From Macrostomum lignano (Eukaryota), in the NCBI GenBank assembly GCA_002269645.1, contig NIVC01000109.1:669670-733669 (forward strand): a stretch of 64,000 bases of DNA, written 5' to 3'. The translations under genes and the position numbers were made by a program. Under the pieces are notes generated by a model. The model saw nothing but the letters and a program-made list of their open reading frames with translations, was not told the DNA's origin and made no database searches. The first letter of the stretch is position 1, and every line of letters starts with the position of its first letter. Positions 34,170-46,379 of the stretch are shown in pieces.

Positions 34170-34850
34170 TTTAAATGTTAAAATTTGTTTATTATTCAGA
34201 CTTTTTAAATGCAAAAATTTGTTAATTATTCAGACCTGAAATGTTAAAATTTATTAATTATTCAGACTTTAAATGTTAAAATTTGTTAATTATTCAGACT
34301 TTAAATGTTAAAATTTGTTAATTATTCAGACCTGAAATGTTAAAATTTGTTCATTATTCAGACTTGAAATGTTAAAATTTGTTAATTATTCAGACTTGAA
34401 ATGCAAAAATGTGTTAATTATTCAGATTTTAAATGTTAAAATTTGTTAATTATTTAGACTTTTGGAATGTTAAAATTTGTTAATTATTCAGACTTTAAAT
34501 GTTAAAATTTGTTAATTATTCGACTCGAAATGTTAAATTTGTTAATTATTCAGACTTTTTGAATGTTAAAATTTGTTAATTATTCAGACTTTTTGAATGT
34601 TAAAATTTGTTAATTATTCAGACTTTTTGAATGTTAAAATTTGTTAATTATTCAGACTTTTGGAATGGTAAAAATTATTAATTATTTAGACTTTAAATGT
34701 TAAAATTTGTTAATTATTCAGACTTTAAATGTTAAAATTTGTTAATTATTCAGACCTGAAATGTTAAAATTTATTAATTATTCAGACTTTAAATGTTAAA
34801 ATTTGTTAATTATTCAGACTTTAAATGTTAAAATTTGTTAATTATTCAGA
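34170..34850. repeat. AT-rich 32-34-bp minisatellite (TTAAAATTTGTTAATTATTCAGACTTTAAATG)n
   Basis: Read directly; paralog at 51190-51722. Confidence 0.93.
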
Positions 34851-34895
34851 GTGTAACCTGTTTATCTATGATTCTACTGCTTTTCCAGCTTTGAT

Positions 34896-35080
34896 GGGGT
34901 TGTGGGGTTATAGTGGCTAGAGCGTCGGATTCACGACTGAAAGATCAGAGGTTCGATTCTCGTCCCATTCGGAACAATTCTGTCCTTGAGGAAGACACTC
35001 AATTCAACTCTGCATTGCTTCAGTTCACCAAGCTGTAAAATGGGTGCCAGCATTAGCTGGGGTAATTGAGGGTGTGTGTG
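34896..35080 (+). mobile_element. tRNA-derived CORE-like SINE, 3'-truncated and fused to Gypsy gag
   Basis: A-box-like TAGTGGCTAGAGC, B-box GGTTCGATTC, CORE-like TGTCCTTGAGGAAGACACT...CTGTAAAATGGG. Diverges from the 16151 copy after GTGTGTGGCG. Confidence 0.78.
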
Positions 35081-38000
35081 GCGGTGGTCGGTCACGAAAC
35101 GGCGGAGCTGGACGCGTTTGCAAAGATCGCCGACAGCATGCTGGCTGTCGCCGGTTGCGCCACCCCGTTCGCCTCTGTAAACCGCACCTCGCGGCCACCG
35201 GCCAAGAGCACCTGAGACTGAGAGGCAACGCTGGTTCTTTTCGTAACAGGAAGCCCGACGACTCGCTCCAACCGGAACTCACGCCGACGACCCAAGATCT
35301 GCAACGGTCATCTCTACTACGCTGCCGATGCTCGCACCTGTCGACCATGGTGCCAGTGGCCAGGCTCGAAACCGCCGACACTGCTGGCCAGCCGTCAGCC
35401 AACTCCGGTTCAGTCCCGGGCGTCCAGCCCGACGCCAAGCCAGGCGTCAAACTAGTCGGTCATGTGCCTCGGCCGAGCCGCGACCCGTCAAAGGCCACCA
35501 CGTTGCTGCTTCGTTGCCAAGTTCTCCGTGCGCCCGTTTCGTTCATCGTTGACACCGGCGCCGAACGGTCGCTCCTTCCTTTGCAGTTTGTTCCTCAAAA
35601 TCTACTCGTACCCACTTATGTCAAGCTTTGTGGCGTCGAAGGCCGCAAAATCCGAACCTAGACTATACCCTTGCGACGTTCATTGTTACTAGTACTGCGC
35701 CAATCCTCGGTGCAGATTTCTTCCTCAAGCTCGGTCTCCTAATTGACCTGAATTCACGGCGAATTCAAGACCCTGTGACATCTTTGCGTGCGACTCTCTG
35801 TTCTTCTAGTGATTCAGTCCCTCAAATCAACGCCAACACGCTGCTTGAGCCCACCACACCGCTTGCTCGGTTCCCTCGAGTTCTGGAAGCTCCGGACTAC
35901 ACCGCAGCACCCGTCAAGGCCTATCACTTCGTTCCGATGGCAGATGAGGACATCGAGAAGACAGTGCTTTGTACCCCGTTCGGCTCGTTCGAATACCTGC
36001 GGATGCCCTTCAGCCTCCAGAACGCCGCTAGCACGTTTCAGCGATATGTTGACTCCGTGTTTCGGGACCTACCATTTGTTTCTACCTACATCGACGACAT
36101 ACTAGTGCACAGCAGGTCTCGGGAAGAGCACCAAGTACACATTGAAACAGTGCTGCAACGACTTACAGACAAAGGTTTGGGAGTAAATTCGGACAAGTGT
36201 CGGTTTTTCCGCGAGTCTGTAGAGTTTCTCGGCTATCTCGTGTCTGCGGAGGGCATTCGGCCCCTGCCCCACCGTGTCGAGGCCCTCCGACAGCTGCCAC
36301 CTCCTACTGACCACCAGGCCTTGCAGCGCTACCTCGGGATGTTTGGATTTTACCAACGGTGCATCCCTGATTACGCAAAGACCGTCCTACCATTGCGGCA
36401 GCTCGTCTCAATGACATTCGTCTGGACGGAGCACCACGGTCGCGCCTGGAAAGCGCTTCAGAACAGCCTCACGGAAGCGGTCATGCTCGCCTTTCCGCAT
36501 CCCCAGGCTACGTTTACCATCACAACGGACGCCAGCTCGACTGCCATCGGTGGTGCTCTACATCAAGTGGTGGACGGCCAGTCTACACCCCTAGCTTTCT
36601 ACTCGCGGAAACTGTCCGGCACCGAGGCTGCGTACAGCACCTTCGATCGGGAACTCCTCGCCATCGTCGCCGCGGTCAAGGCCTGGAAGCACATGATTCA
36701 AGGCCAGCGGACAACTGTGTTCTGCGACCACAAGCCTATCATCGGAGCCTTCGGCAACAGAAAGGAGCGTTTTTCGGACCGACAGCAACGCCACCTATCC
36801 GTGATCACTGAATTTGTCAGCGACATCGTTCACATTGCCAGTAGGGACAACGTGGTTGCCGATGCACTATCTCGTCCCAACGTCACCTCCGAAGCGCAGC
36901 CACCATCGTCCGTAAGACTGCTAGCTGGCATCCCGCCCTCGGTGGATTTGCCAGCTATCGCGCGAGCCCAGAAAGACAGTCTACCCGCCAACGATCCGCC
37001 AGGAGGCTTGTTCAGCAACTTCGATATCGGAATTAAAGACAACCCATTACGCTATCAGACTTCGCAGACTAACCCGTGTCCCGTAGTTCCTGAAGTACTA
37101 CGATGTGCGGTGTTCAACTCGCTGCATTCGTTCGCACACCCCGGCAGAAAAGCTACGCAACGGCTCATTAGCTATCGTTTTCTTCTGGCCGCTAATGGGT
37201 GCCGACATTCGCAAGTGGGTAGCTGAGTGCCAACAATGCCAGCAGTGCAAGACTGGACGACATGTTCAACGCCCACTGCAGCAGCTGCCTGTGCCATCTC
37301 AGAGATTCACGACGGTACACATTGACCTGGTCGGACCGTTACCGCCTTCTGAGTCTGAAGACCCCTTCACGACGATACACATTGACCTGGTCGGACCGTT
37401 ACCGCCTCCTGAGTCTAAAGACCCCGGCCCGAAGCCTTGCTACCTACTCACCATGATCGATGCCTACTCACGCTGGTTCGAGGCAGCACCGCTTTCGAAC
37501 ACTGCCGCCACATCAGTCGCACGAGCCTTCCTGGAAACCTGGATTTCTCGGTTCGGCCCACCTTTGACGCTGATCAGTGACCAGGGATCCCAATTCCGAG
37601 CGGAGCTCATAAGAGACTTGACGGACCTACTCGGCATCCACCACATCCGCACTTCAACCTATAATCCGAGAGCAAACGTTGTCATCGAACGTGCACACCG
37701 GACGCTGAAGGTCGGTTTGAAGGCGCGCGGCAAGAACTGGCTGCAGCAGCTGCCCGTCGTGCTCCTGGGCATGCGCATTTTCCCAGATGAGTCAGGTGCC
37801 TCTCCGTTTTCCGTTGTTACGGGTGAGCAACCGCTGGTCCGACCAGTCGTCACCGACACTTCTGCGCTCAAGGAGCTCTCGACTAGCCTACATCAGCTTT
37901 TCTTCCCATACCGGCAGCTGAGAACGCGCGAGATAGCCGTGCATCTGCCAGCCGCGCTGAGTTCGTGCACACACGTCTGGTTGCGGTTGGACCGGGTGCG

Positions 38001-38599
38001 ACGACCCCTGGAGGCTCCTTACCAAGGCCCGTACGCGGTACTGGACAGGTACGACACCACAATGATACTCAAGATCAACGGCAAGCCTACCGTAGGTTCG
38101 ATCGATCGTGTCAAGCCGCCACCCTACCAACAGCCCAACAAGAGCAGCCAGCAGCTACACCGGCCCCGCCAAGCGACGCTCCCGCCTCTAACACAAGGTC
38201 GCGCAGCGCAAATGCGTGCGATTCAACAGCGAGACCTCCGTGCAAGTTTTCCAGAAAGACAGTCCACCTAGCAATACCTGAACAGTGTTCATAAACTGAT
38301 CAACCTATGACATCTGCAATGCTTACCTACTCGTTCCCCTGCGCTGTTCGAACTTTTTGTCTCCGATTAGATAATGCATAGTGATGTACTTCATCTAGGA
38401 GGGGGAGTATCTTGTAGCAGTGAGAAACATGAATCAGCTAGCAGCGAGTCCCTTTTGGCCCTAGACGATATTCTTAAGCTGTTCTCGTTACTGTCTCTAA
38501 AATCGAATAAAGCCGAAGTTAGAGCCCGTCAAGGGTTTACAACCGTTCTATCTCACTTCCACAAAACAAATTCCACTGCGTTTTGATTCACTCGCTACA
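35081..38599 (+). mobile_element. Defective Ty3/Gypsy LTR retrotransposon, copy 1 (gag end, PR, partly deleted RT, RH, IN, 3' LTR 38413-38599; no 5' LTR)
   Basis: Gag C..H..Y...A..C.PWC, protease FIVDTGA, RT YIDDIL, RNase H TTDAS/ELLAI, integrase HPG..CQQC, HIDLVGPLP, SDQG, ERAHR; PPT AGGAGGGGGAG; LTR TGTAGC...GCTACA with AATAAA. The gag motif suggests a CsRN1/Kabuki-like lineage (inference). Confidence 0.95.
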
Positions 38600-39514
38600 C
38601 ACGTTAAGAAAGGTGTAGTCAAATATTATGTCATTATTATTATCTTTGCTTTGACACTGGGTTTTCTGCTGCCATGCTTCACAGAAACGTTATTGCTTTG
38701 TCATATAACTTGTCTTTAACTCAATCAAGGATCGCAAAAAGTGCAGTGAATTGTTTTTAAACAATTATCTTTTGTATGGTTACTCAGCTTTTCTCTTGAA
38801 AAGCTGAGTCTTTTTCTCTTGAATTTCAATAAAATTTTGTTTGTATTCGAGCGCATGGAGACACAGAACACTTCTGTGCATTTTGCATAGTTTCACGCAG
38901 TACACAATACGTTCCGGGCTTCAATTTCAATTAATTTCAATGATTGTCATGTTGGCGATAAATTTATAATTTTACCTCATTTAAATTCCACTCGATCCCT
39001 TTTTTAGAAAGATTGGCACCTGTTTATGGCAGCGAGCCGAAGGCTGCAGTAATGCTAAACACGGCTTGTTTACCTCCGGCGCGGCTCATCGCATGCCAGC
39101 GGTGAATGCCATATATAGTTGGGAACGCCACAGCCAAATCATGAGTGTATATATGTGAGGTAAACATGTGACTTCCTGACCGATTTTCTGTCCTTAGTTT
39201 ATAGCTTCTCGGTTACTAAAAATACACAAGTACCTGATTGTTTCCGAAATTATTGATTCAAAAATAGAAATTCTGGTAGCATTGCAACATGAACATTTGT
39301 GACAGCACCACACCTACATGTCGCTACCTGAAGTATATGTATCACCTAGTACTAGCAGGCGATTGTATCAAGGTCCATCTCTGTAAATGTAAAGTAGATA
39401 CTTCTCCCTTACCCCGTCGGGACTCCATCCCCGGCGGTGGGGGGACTGTTATCGTATCCAGCCTTCTAGAAATTTCAGTGTAAACAACACTTTCTATATA
39501 AGGCAATTTAACCG

Positions 39515-40750
39515 TGTCTTCCTCTCTGCCTCCCCTCTCTGTGTCTCTCTGCCTCCCCTCTCTGTGTCTCTCTCTCTCTGCCTCTCCTCTCTGTGTCTGT
39601 CTCTCTCTGCCTCTCCTCTCTGTGTCTGTCTCTCTCTGTGTCTCTCTCTTTCTCTCTCACTCTGCCTCCCCTCTCTGTGTCTCTCTGTCTCCCGTCTCTG
39701 TGTCTCTCTGCCTCCCCTCTCTGTGTCTCTCTGCCTCCCCTCTCTGTGTGTCTCTGCCTCCCCTCTCTGTGTCTCTCTGCCTCCCCTCTCTGTGTGTCTC
39801 TGCCTCCCCTCTCTGTGTGTCTCTGCCTCTCCTCTCTGTGTCTGTCTCTCTCTGTGTCTCTCTCTTTCTCTCTCACTCTGCCTCCCCTCTCTGTGTCTCT
39901 CTGTCTCCCGTCTCTGTGTCTCTCTGCCTCCCCTCTCTGTGTCTCTCTCTCTGCCTCCCCTCTCTGTGTCTCTCTGCCTCCCCTCTCTGTGTCTCTCTGC
40001 CTCCCCTCTCTGTGTCTCTCTGCCTCCCCTCTCTGTGTCTCTCTGCCTCCCCTCTCTGTGTCTCTCTGCCTCCCCTCTCTGTGTCTCTCTGCCTCCCCTC
40101 TCTGTGTCTCTCTCTCTGCCTCGCCTCTCTGTGTCTCTCTGCCTCCCCTCTCTGTGTCTCTCTGCCTCCCCTCTCTGTGTCTCTCTGCCTCCCCTCTCTG
40201 TCTCTCTGCCTCCCCTCTCTGTCTCTCTGCCTCCCCTCTCTGTGTCTCTCTCTCTGCCTCCCCTCTCTGTGTCTCTCTGCCTCCCCTCTCTGTGTCTCTC
40301 TGCCTCCCCTCTCTGTGTCTCTCTGCCTCCCCTCTCTGTGTCTCTCTGCCTCCTCTCTCTGTCTCTCTGCCTCCCCTCTCTGTCTCTCTGCCTCCCCTCT
40401 CTGTCTCTCTGCCTCCCCTCTCTGTCTCTCTGCCTCCCCTCTCTGTCTCTCTGCCTCCCCTCTCTGTCTCTCTGCCTCCCCTCTCTGTGTCTCTCTCCCT
40501 CTGCCTCCCCTCTCTGTGTCCCTCTGCCTCCCCTCTCTGTGTCTCTCTCCCTCTGCCTCCCCTCTCTGTGTCCCTCTGCCTCCCCTCTCTGTGTCTCTCT
40601 CCCTCTGCCTCCCCTCTCTGTGTCTCTCTCCCTCTGCCTCCCCTCTCTGTGTCTCTCTCCCTCTGCCTCCCCTCTCTGTGTCCCTCTGCCTCCCCTCTCT
40701 GTGTCTCTCTGCCTCCCCTCTCTGTGTCCCTCTGCCTCCCCTCTCTATGT
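39515..40750. repeat. CT-rich minisatellite (CTCTCTGTGTCTCTCTGCCTCCC)n
   Basis: Read directly; the source of spurious 400-aa ORFs; paralog at 63190-63815. Confidence 0.97.
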
Positions 40751-41784
40751 TTCCCTCCTGCTGAGCACATGCTTTCCGAATATTTCCGAAATTTAGAATT
40801 TTCTATGAAATTAAATAAAGCCACCCGACACTATATGTACTTAAGTCTAACAAGCCTAACTACACTCAAAACCTAAACTGCTAAACAAAAACAAACCTTT
40901 GGAACTGCTGCCTTCACGCCTCATAATTACTTAACACTGCTACATACTGATACATTTTATCAATTCAGTTGTTTCAATGTTAATTATCTTTATATATTTA
41001 ATACACCTGGCTAAAAACTATTGTTTAAAATTTTATATTTAATTTTGTATTTCTACACACATATTAATTAATCAATTAAGTTCAATTAAGATAATTACAT
41101 TAATAAGTTGCTTCGCGCACCACTAGCAAATGGAACCAGTTTATTTCCTCTTCTTAAGCATGAATAAATCTATAAACAGGCTTTCCTGAGGGTTAGCTAT
41201 TTAGCTACTAAAATAGCAAAAGCATGCTTGCCAGAGGAGGAGATTGCCTGATATTCCCTCTCACCCCGGCCATGTGGATGAAAAGTTATTCCTGAAGCAG
41301 ATCCTAGAATTCACGTACTGAAAACGTGACAAGAGGAATCACAAACAGCCCTTTAAGTGATTTGAGTAGCTTTATTTAACAGACCTTGGCGTCCCACTAG
41401 TTATCTGCTTTTAGCTGCTTTGTTACTAAAAATAGATTACGTTAAGCAGAATTTCTTACAAATTAATAAATAAATAATCTTTGGAATGAAATGCTCGTCT
41501 AAAATTTCCACCTTTCCACTCTGAACATTGTAAGCCACATCGAAACACAGGTTTAATTGTTTATTCAGTCACATGTGCATCGATTATTCGTTGACTTGCT
41601 GGGGCATGCACATTCGAAATGAAGAAAATTTACCCAAAACTAATAATTTCTTAATGATTACCTGCTACCTGCTACTTTTACAAGTAGTAGAGGCGAATAT
41701 TAATTTCGAAAATGATGCCGGATGCGAAGAATGAAAAGACTTAAAAAAAATTTATTGTCTCAAAAAACCTACTTATCTAGTCGG

Positions 41785-42200
41785 ACTTATGTACCTATGT
41801 ACCTATGCACCTATGTACCTATGTACCTATGTACCTATGTACCTACGTACCTATGTGCCAATGTACCTATGTATCTTATGTATCTATGTATCTATATATC
41901 TATATATCTATGTATCTATGTACCTATGTACCTATGTACCTATGTGCCAATGTACCTATGTACCTATGTATCTATGTATCTATGTATCTATATATCTATG
42001 TAATCTATGTACATATGTACCTATGTGCCTATGTACCTATGTATCTATGTACCTATGTACCTATGTATCTATGTATCTATGCATCTATGTACTTATGTAC
42101 CTATGTACCTATGCATCTATGCATCTATGTATCTATTTATCTATGCATCTATGTACCTATGTACCTATGTACCTATGCATCTATGCATCTATGTATCTAT
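41785..42200. repeat. (TATGTACC)n/(TATGTATC)n microsatellite
   Basis: Read directly. Confidence 0.95.
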
Positions 42201-42319
42201 GTATTATTAGTAAAAACCAGTTTTGGCTGATCTTCTTTAAACTGATTTGCTTTGTATGCAGTCGAAAAATTAGTAAATCAACCTTATCCACTAGGTAACA
42301 TTAGGCCTACTTTAACCCC

Positions 42320-42860
42320 ACTCTCTCACCCACCCGCTCCTTCACGCACCCGCTCCTTCACCCACCCGCTCCTTCACCCACCCGCTCCTTCACCCACCCG
42401 CTCCTTCACCCACCCGCTCCTTCACCCACCAGCTTCTTCACCCACCCGCTCCTTCACCCACCCGCTCCTTCACCCACCCGCTCCTTCACCCACCCGCTTC
42501 TTCACCCACCCACTCCTTCACCCACCAGCTTCTTCACCCACTAGCTTCTTCACCCACCCGCTCCTTCACCCACCCGCTTCTTCACCCACCCACTCCTTCA
42601 CCCACCAGCTTCTTCACCCACCCGCTTCTTCACCCACCCGCTCCTTCACCCACCCACTCCTTCACCCACCCGCTTCTTCACCCACCCACTCCTTCACCCA
42701 CCCCACTCCTTCACCCACCTCACTGGTTCACTCACTTCACTTCTTCTCGCATCCCACTCCATCGCCAACCTCATACCATCACCCATCCCACTCCTTCACC
42801 CACCTCACTAACATCACCCACCTCACTAACATCACGCACCTCACTCCTTCACCCACCTCG
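42320..42860. repeat. C-rich (CACCCGCTCCTTCACC)-like repeat, paralog of 24095-24640
   Basis: Read directly; the flanking sequences are homologous. Confidence 0.88.
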
Positions 42861-43009
42861 CCCGCCAGCCAACACAGAGATAAAAGCAAAGACAAAAACA
42901 GTGAATGATTTCCGCTTCCCAAATAGTTGCTCTTTTCGAATCAGTGATTTAAAAATTCAAACAAAAATGCCCACATTTGCTGCTTCTAGCCATTCAGTAG
43001 CAAATGCGG

Positions 43010-44114
43010 TGAGAAGGCCCAAGCAACCCGAGCAGCGAGTCTCCCCCCCCCCAAATGGGACCCGTCGCACCCAGCAGACCAGCGAGTACCGATCTAGAGA
43101 AGGCGAATCTTTTCTGTCAGATCTACAGCGCCGTCTCCAGGGTCGCAACCAGCCCTAGGGACCGCCCAGTGACCCGACCAGCCAACGAGGTGCTTAAAGA
43201 ACACTGCTGTGACGGGCACGGAGCTCGAAGTGGTATCTGCTCGCCCTTCAGCAACCCGGAGCACTGTAATGCCATCCGCAAGTCTGCAAGGCCCCCGGGC
43301 AGGATGGCGTCACCAATGACATGCTAAAGCACCCCACCCTCCACGGATGACAGGACCCTGTCCATCACTAACCGCTCTTGGCAGAAGGGGGAATGTCCTT
43401 GGCAATGGAAATGAGCCATCATCATTCCGTTCCAAAAAAGGGAAAGGACGCCAGCAAGCCTGACTCCTACCGCCCAGTCGCCCTCACGAGTTGTATAGCC
43501 AAACTGGCAAAGCGGCTGGTCCTCCAGCGTCTCCGCCATGCCCTCGAAACCTCAGGCAAGGGCCGCTCTACGGAGGAATTGATTGCGAGCACCTGTCAGG
43601 AAATTTTCGACAAATTGGAGTCCACCCCGCATCTCCGGTCCATTCTTTGTCTTCTCGACTTCAGCCGCGCCTACGATAGAGTCTGGCGCGCGGCACTGTA
43701 CAAGAAACTGCGGGAACTCGGCGTCCAAAGAGACGTCATCCGCTGGATCCGCGCTTTTCTGACGGATCGCCGAGCCAGAGTGTGCGTGAACAACTGCATT
43801 AGCAAGCATTAGCATTAGCATTAGCATTAGCAATTAGCATTAGCATTAGCATTAGCATTAGCATTAGCATTAGCATTAGCATTAGCATTGGCATTAGCAT
43901 TAGCATTAGCATTAGCATTGGCATTAGCATTAGCATTAGCATTAGCATTAGCATTAGCATTAGCATTAGCATTAGCAAGGAGCGCATCTTCCACGAGGGC
44001 CTACCACAGGGTAGCGTTCTCGCCCCCACCCTCTGACTGGTGTATATTAATGACCTGGCAACCGCTGTGTCCGCGAAGTCAACAGAATGCTCACTGAAGC
44101 TGTATGCCGATTTT
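43010..44114 (+). mobile_element. Internal fragment of a non-LTR retrotransposon RT (I-group-like), truncated at both ends
   Basis: KPDSYRPVALTSCIAKL, LDFSRAYDRVW, IRWIRAFLTDR, EGLPQGSVLAP, YINDL, ending at KLYAD; no tail. Confidence 0.9.
43798..43979. repeat. (CATTAG/TTAGCA)n array of about 28 units inside the RT coding sequence, bounded by a 9-bp direct repeat ATTAGCAAG
   Basis: ATTAGCAAG at 43798-43806 and 43971-43979; removing one copy plus the array restores the frame NCISKERIF. Confidence 0.9.
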
Positions 44115-46379
44115 TATGCCACAAATTTTATCTATAAGCGGATTGCTAGTCTAACTGTATGCTATTGTAGATTAGCAATCCATTCTAATTTAACAGACAG
44201 TCATACTAAATGAGTATATTATTTATTGTATATGCAATATGATTCACTTCCAAATTTCATTTAATTTTGCTTTTCTGTACATAAAAATGCCATGAGTTCA
44301 ATGCTTGTCATTTATCATGTTCACTGGTACAGTTTTTAGCTAATCTTTTTTACTGAAATCCAGCACTGACAATCAGAACTGATTAATGCACCTCTGCTGT
44401 TTCTATGCATATCTGTCTCTCTTCACACACTGCAAGCATTCCGGAATCTTTGATTCTGATCAAACACATAGACTAAGACAGACAGACACTAAGATAGACA
44501 GACAGACAGAGTTTTAGAAGAGTTTCAGCGAATGCAACCTACCGATATGTATCGAAATGTAGATTTCTTTTACTGCTTGCACTTTTACTTGACGGTTTGT
44601 GTACTTTTTCGCTCTTTTTGCTTGGCCGCTCAGCACTGCCCTGAGGAAAGGGGATCGGAGCCGCGGGATTTGCACCCTCGCACCGGGCACTGCACTGCTC
44701 TGGTGCAGCTGCACCAATCGGTTAAGCGCACCTGCACTGCTATAAACTGTTTAACGTCCTCCCTGCGGCCTGATCCCCTTTTTCGGACTGCTGGCTGAAA
44801 CATTTCGCCGAATATTTCTGTCGATCGCCTCGCTTTTCCTTGTTTTAACTTTTTATTTTGTCATCTGAGCTCCACAGCAGAACCGATGGGGAGTCCGACT
44901 GCTACCGATGGCGTTTGATAATCACTGATTGAGTAGCTTTGCTTGCCTCTCTGACTTGCGTGTGTTCCAATGACTGATTGACTGATTGATTGACTGATTG
45001 ATTGATAACTCTTATCTGATTGTTTTATTACTCTGTTAATCAGAAATGCGAATAAAGCGTTGCGAAAATAAAGTATTACTGAAGCTGAATAATTTATTGT
45101 TTTAGGAGTTTTGAAGATTGTCTGAATTGAATTTGCTTTGTTTTATTCTGCCTGAGTAAATTTCACAGATTGCAATCCTAGAATTGCCGATGCGTGATTG
45201 GCTAAGAAGTCTGGCCAATCTGCGCGCTATATTAAACTCCTAAATATATGCACTTTTAAGGAGTAATGCAACAACAACAAGCTTTTATTGCCCTGTGAAA
45301 AGCGGCTCTCGTGAGCTACGGCTTAGGAGCGTGTAAAGCAGTAAAACCATTTTATACTACAAGCCTGCGCATTTAATTAGTTGATAGACCAAGTCAATAG
45401 AAAATGGTTTAACTGCTATCGTTAGTTAATTACTCCCATTTGATAAACAACTAACTCTGGTATAAGAAATATTGTATAAGAAGGGTGAAGGGTGCTATTA
45501 GAGACCATAAAAGTGGTAAATATTGTACTCAGCAAAACAGCTAGCTCACAGAAAATAGTACATGTCGGAATCTAAGCTGATTCGTGATGTTTTAAGATGC
45601 AACATGTTTGTTGAAATTGGCGTTGACTCTCATTGAGCCGAAATCGAGATGCAGTGCGGAATTCTTCGAAGAGTTTATCCTTTGCCTGAGTTGCCTGGGT
45701 CGCCAAACGTTGGCGTCTTTATCGTCAGAGCCCAGGTCACTGTCCGAAAACATGACAAAAAGACACTCCTACTAACCTAAGAGTACAATTTGGCCCTTGA
45801 AATCTTAACTATCGGAGTTAGGAGCTAGAAATGAAATTCGCTCCTTCTATAGGACACGCACTCCTAAAATTCACTCCGAAACGGCAACACCCAGCACCCA
45901 CAGTAGCTCCAACTCCTCTCTCCTTATTCTTTAGCACTTGCAGAAACCTTTATGAGGTCTCCTAAATTCACCAAGGAGTCTCCTATGTCCTTAAAGGAGC
46001 CTCCTAGGTCTTAAAATTTACTCTTGATTCTATAGCACAGGCAGGCAGGCAGAAAATGAATTTCAGGATCTTCTGTCCTCACATTTCTTCAAGCCCCTCA
46101 CTGCTGAGAGAAGCTGCCGATTCCGCCATCTTCGCCCGCCTCATTGGCCTCCAATCTCGCACCTCGCTTGCCTGTTTTGCAGCCAGCCAGCCAGCCAATC
46201 TTCTTCCAGCCTATGGGCTGCGGCTGCACTTCCGCCTCCACACGCAGCCCTGCCGCTTTCCTATAAACATCGGCTCGACTAAGGTTGGGAGGCCCAGCGA
46301 TACCACAGCTGTTGCTAGCAGCAGCTTATATGTAAAATTGTTTTTTTACAAAGTACAGCTCTGCGATATGACTGTCCAC

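Noticed and set aside
34896-34965. Possible tRNA gene
   Set aside because: The acceptor stem does not pair, and the sequence continues into a CORE-like body shared with other copies, so it is a SINE head.
39508-40876. 410-438-aa ORFs on both strands (also 63125-63938, 41722-42298, 16501-17350, 24083-24661, 25992-26462)
   Set aside because: They are translations of micro- or minisatellites that lack stop codons; there is no coding signal.
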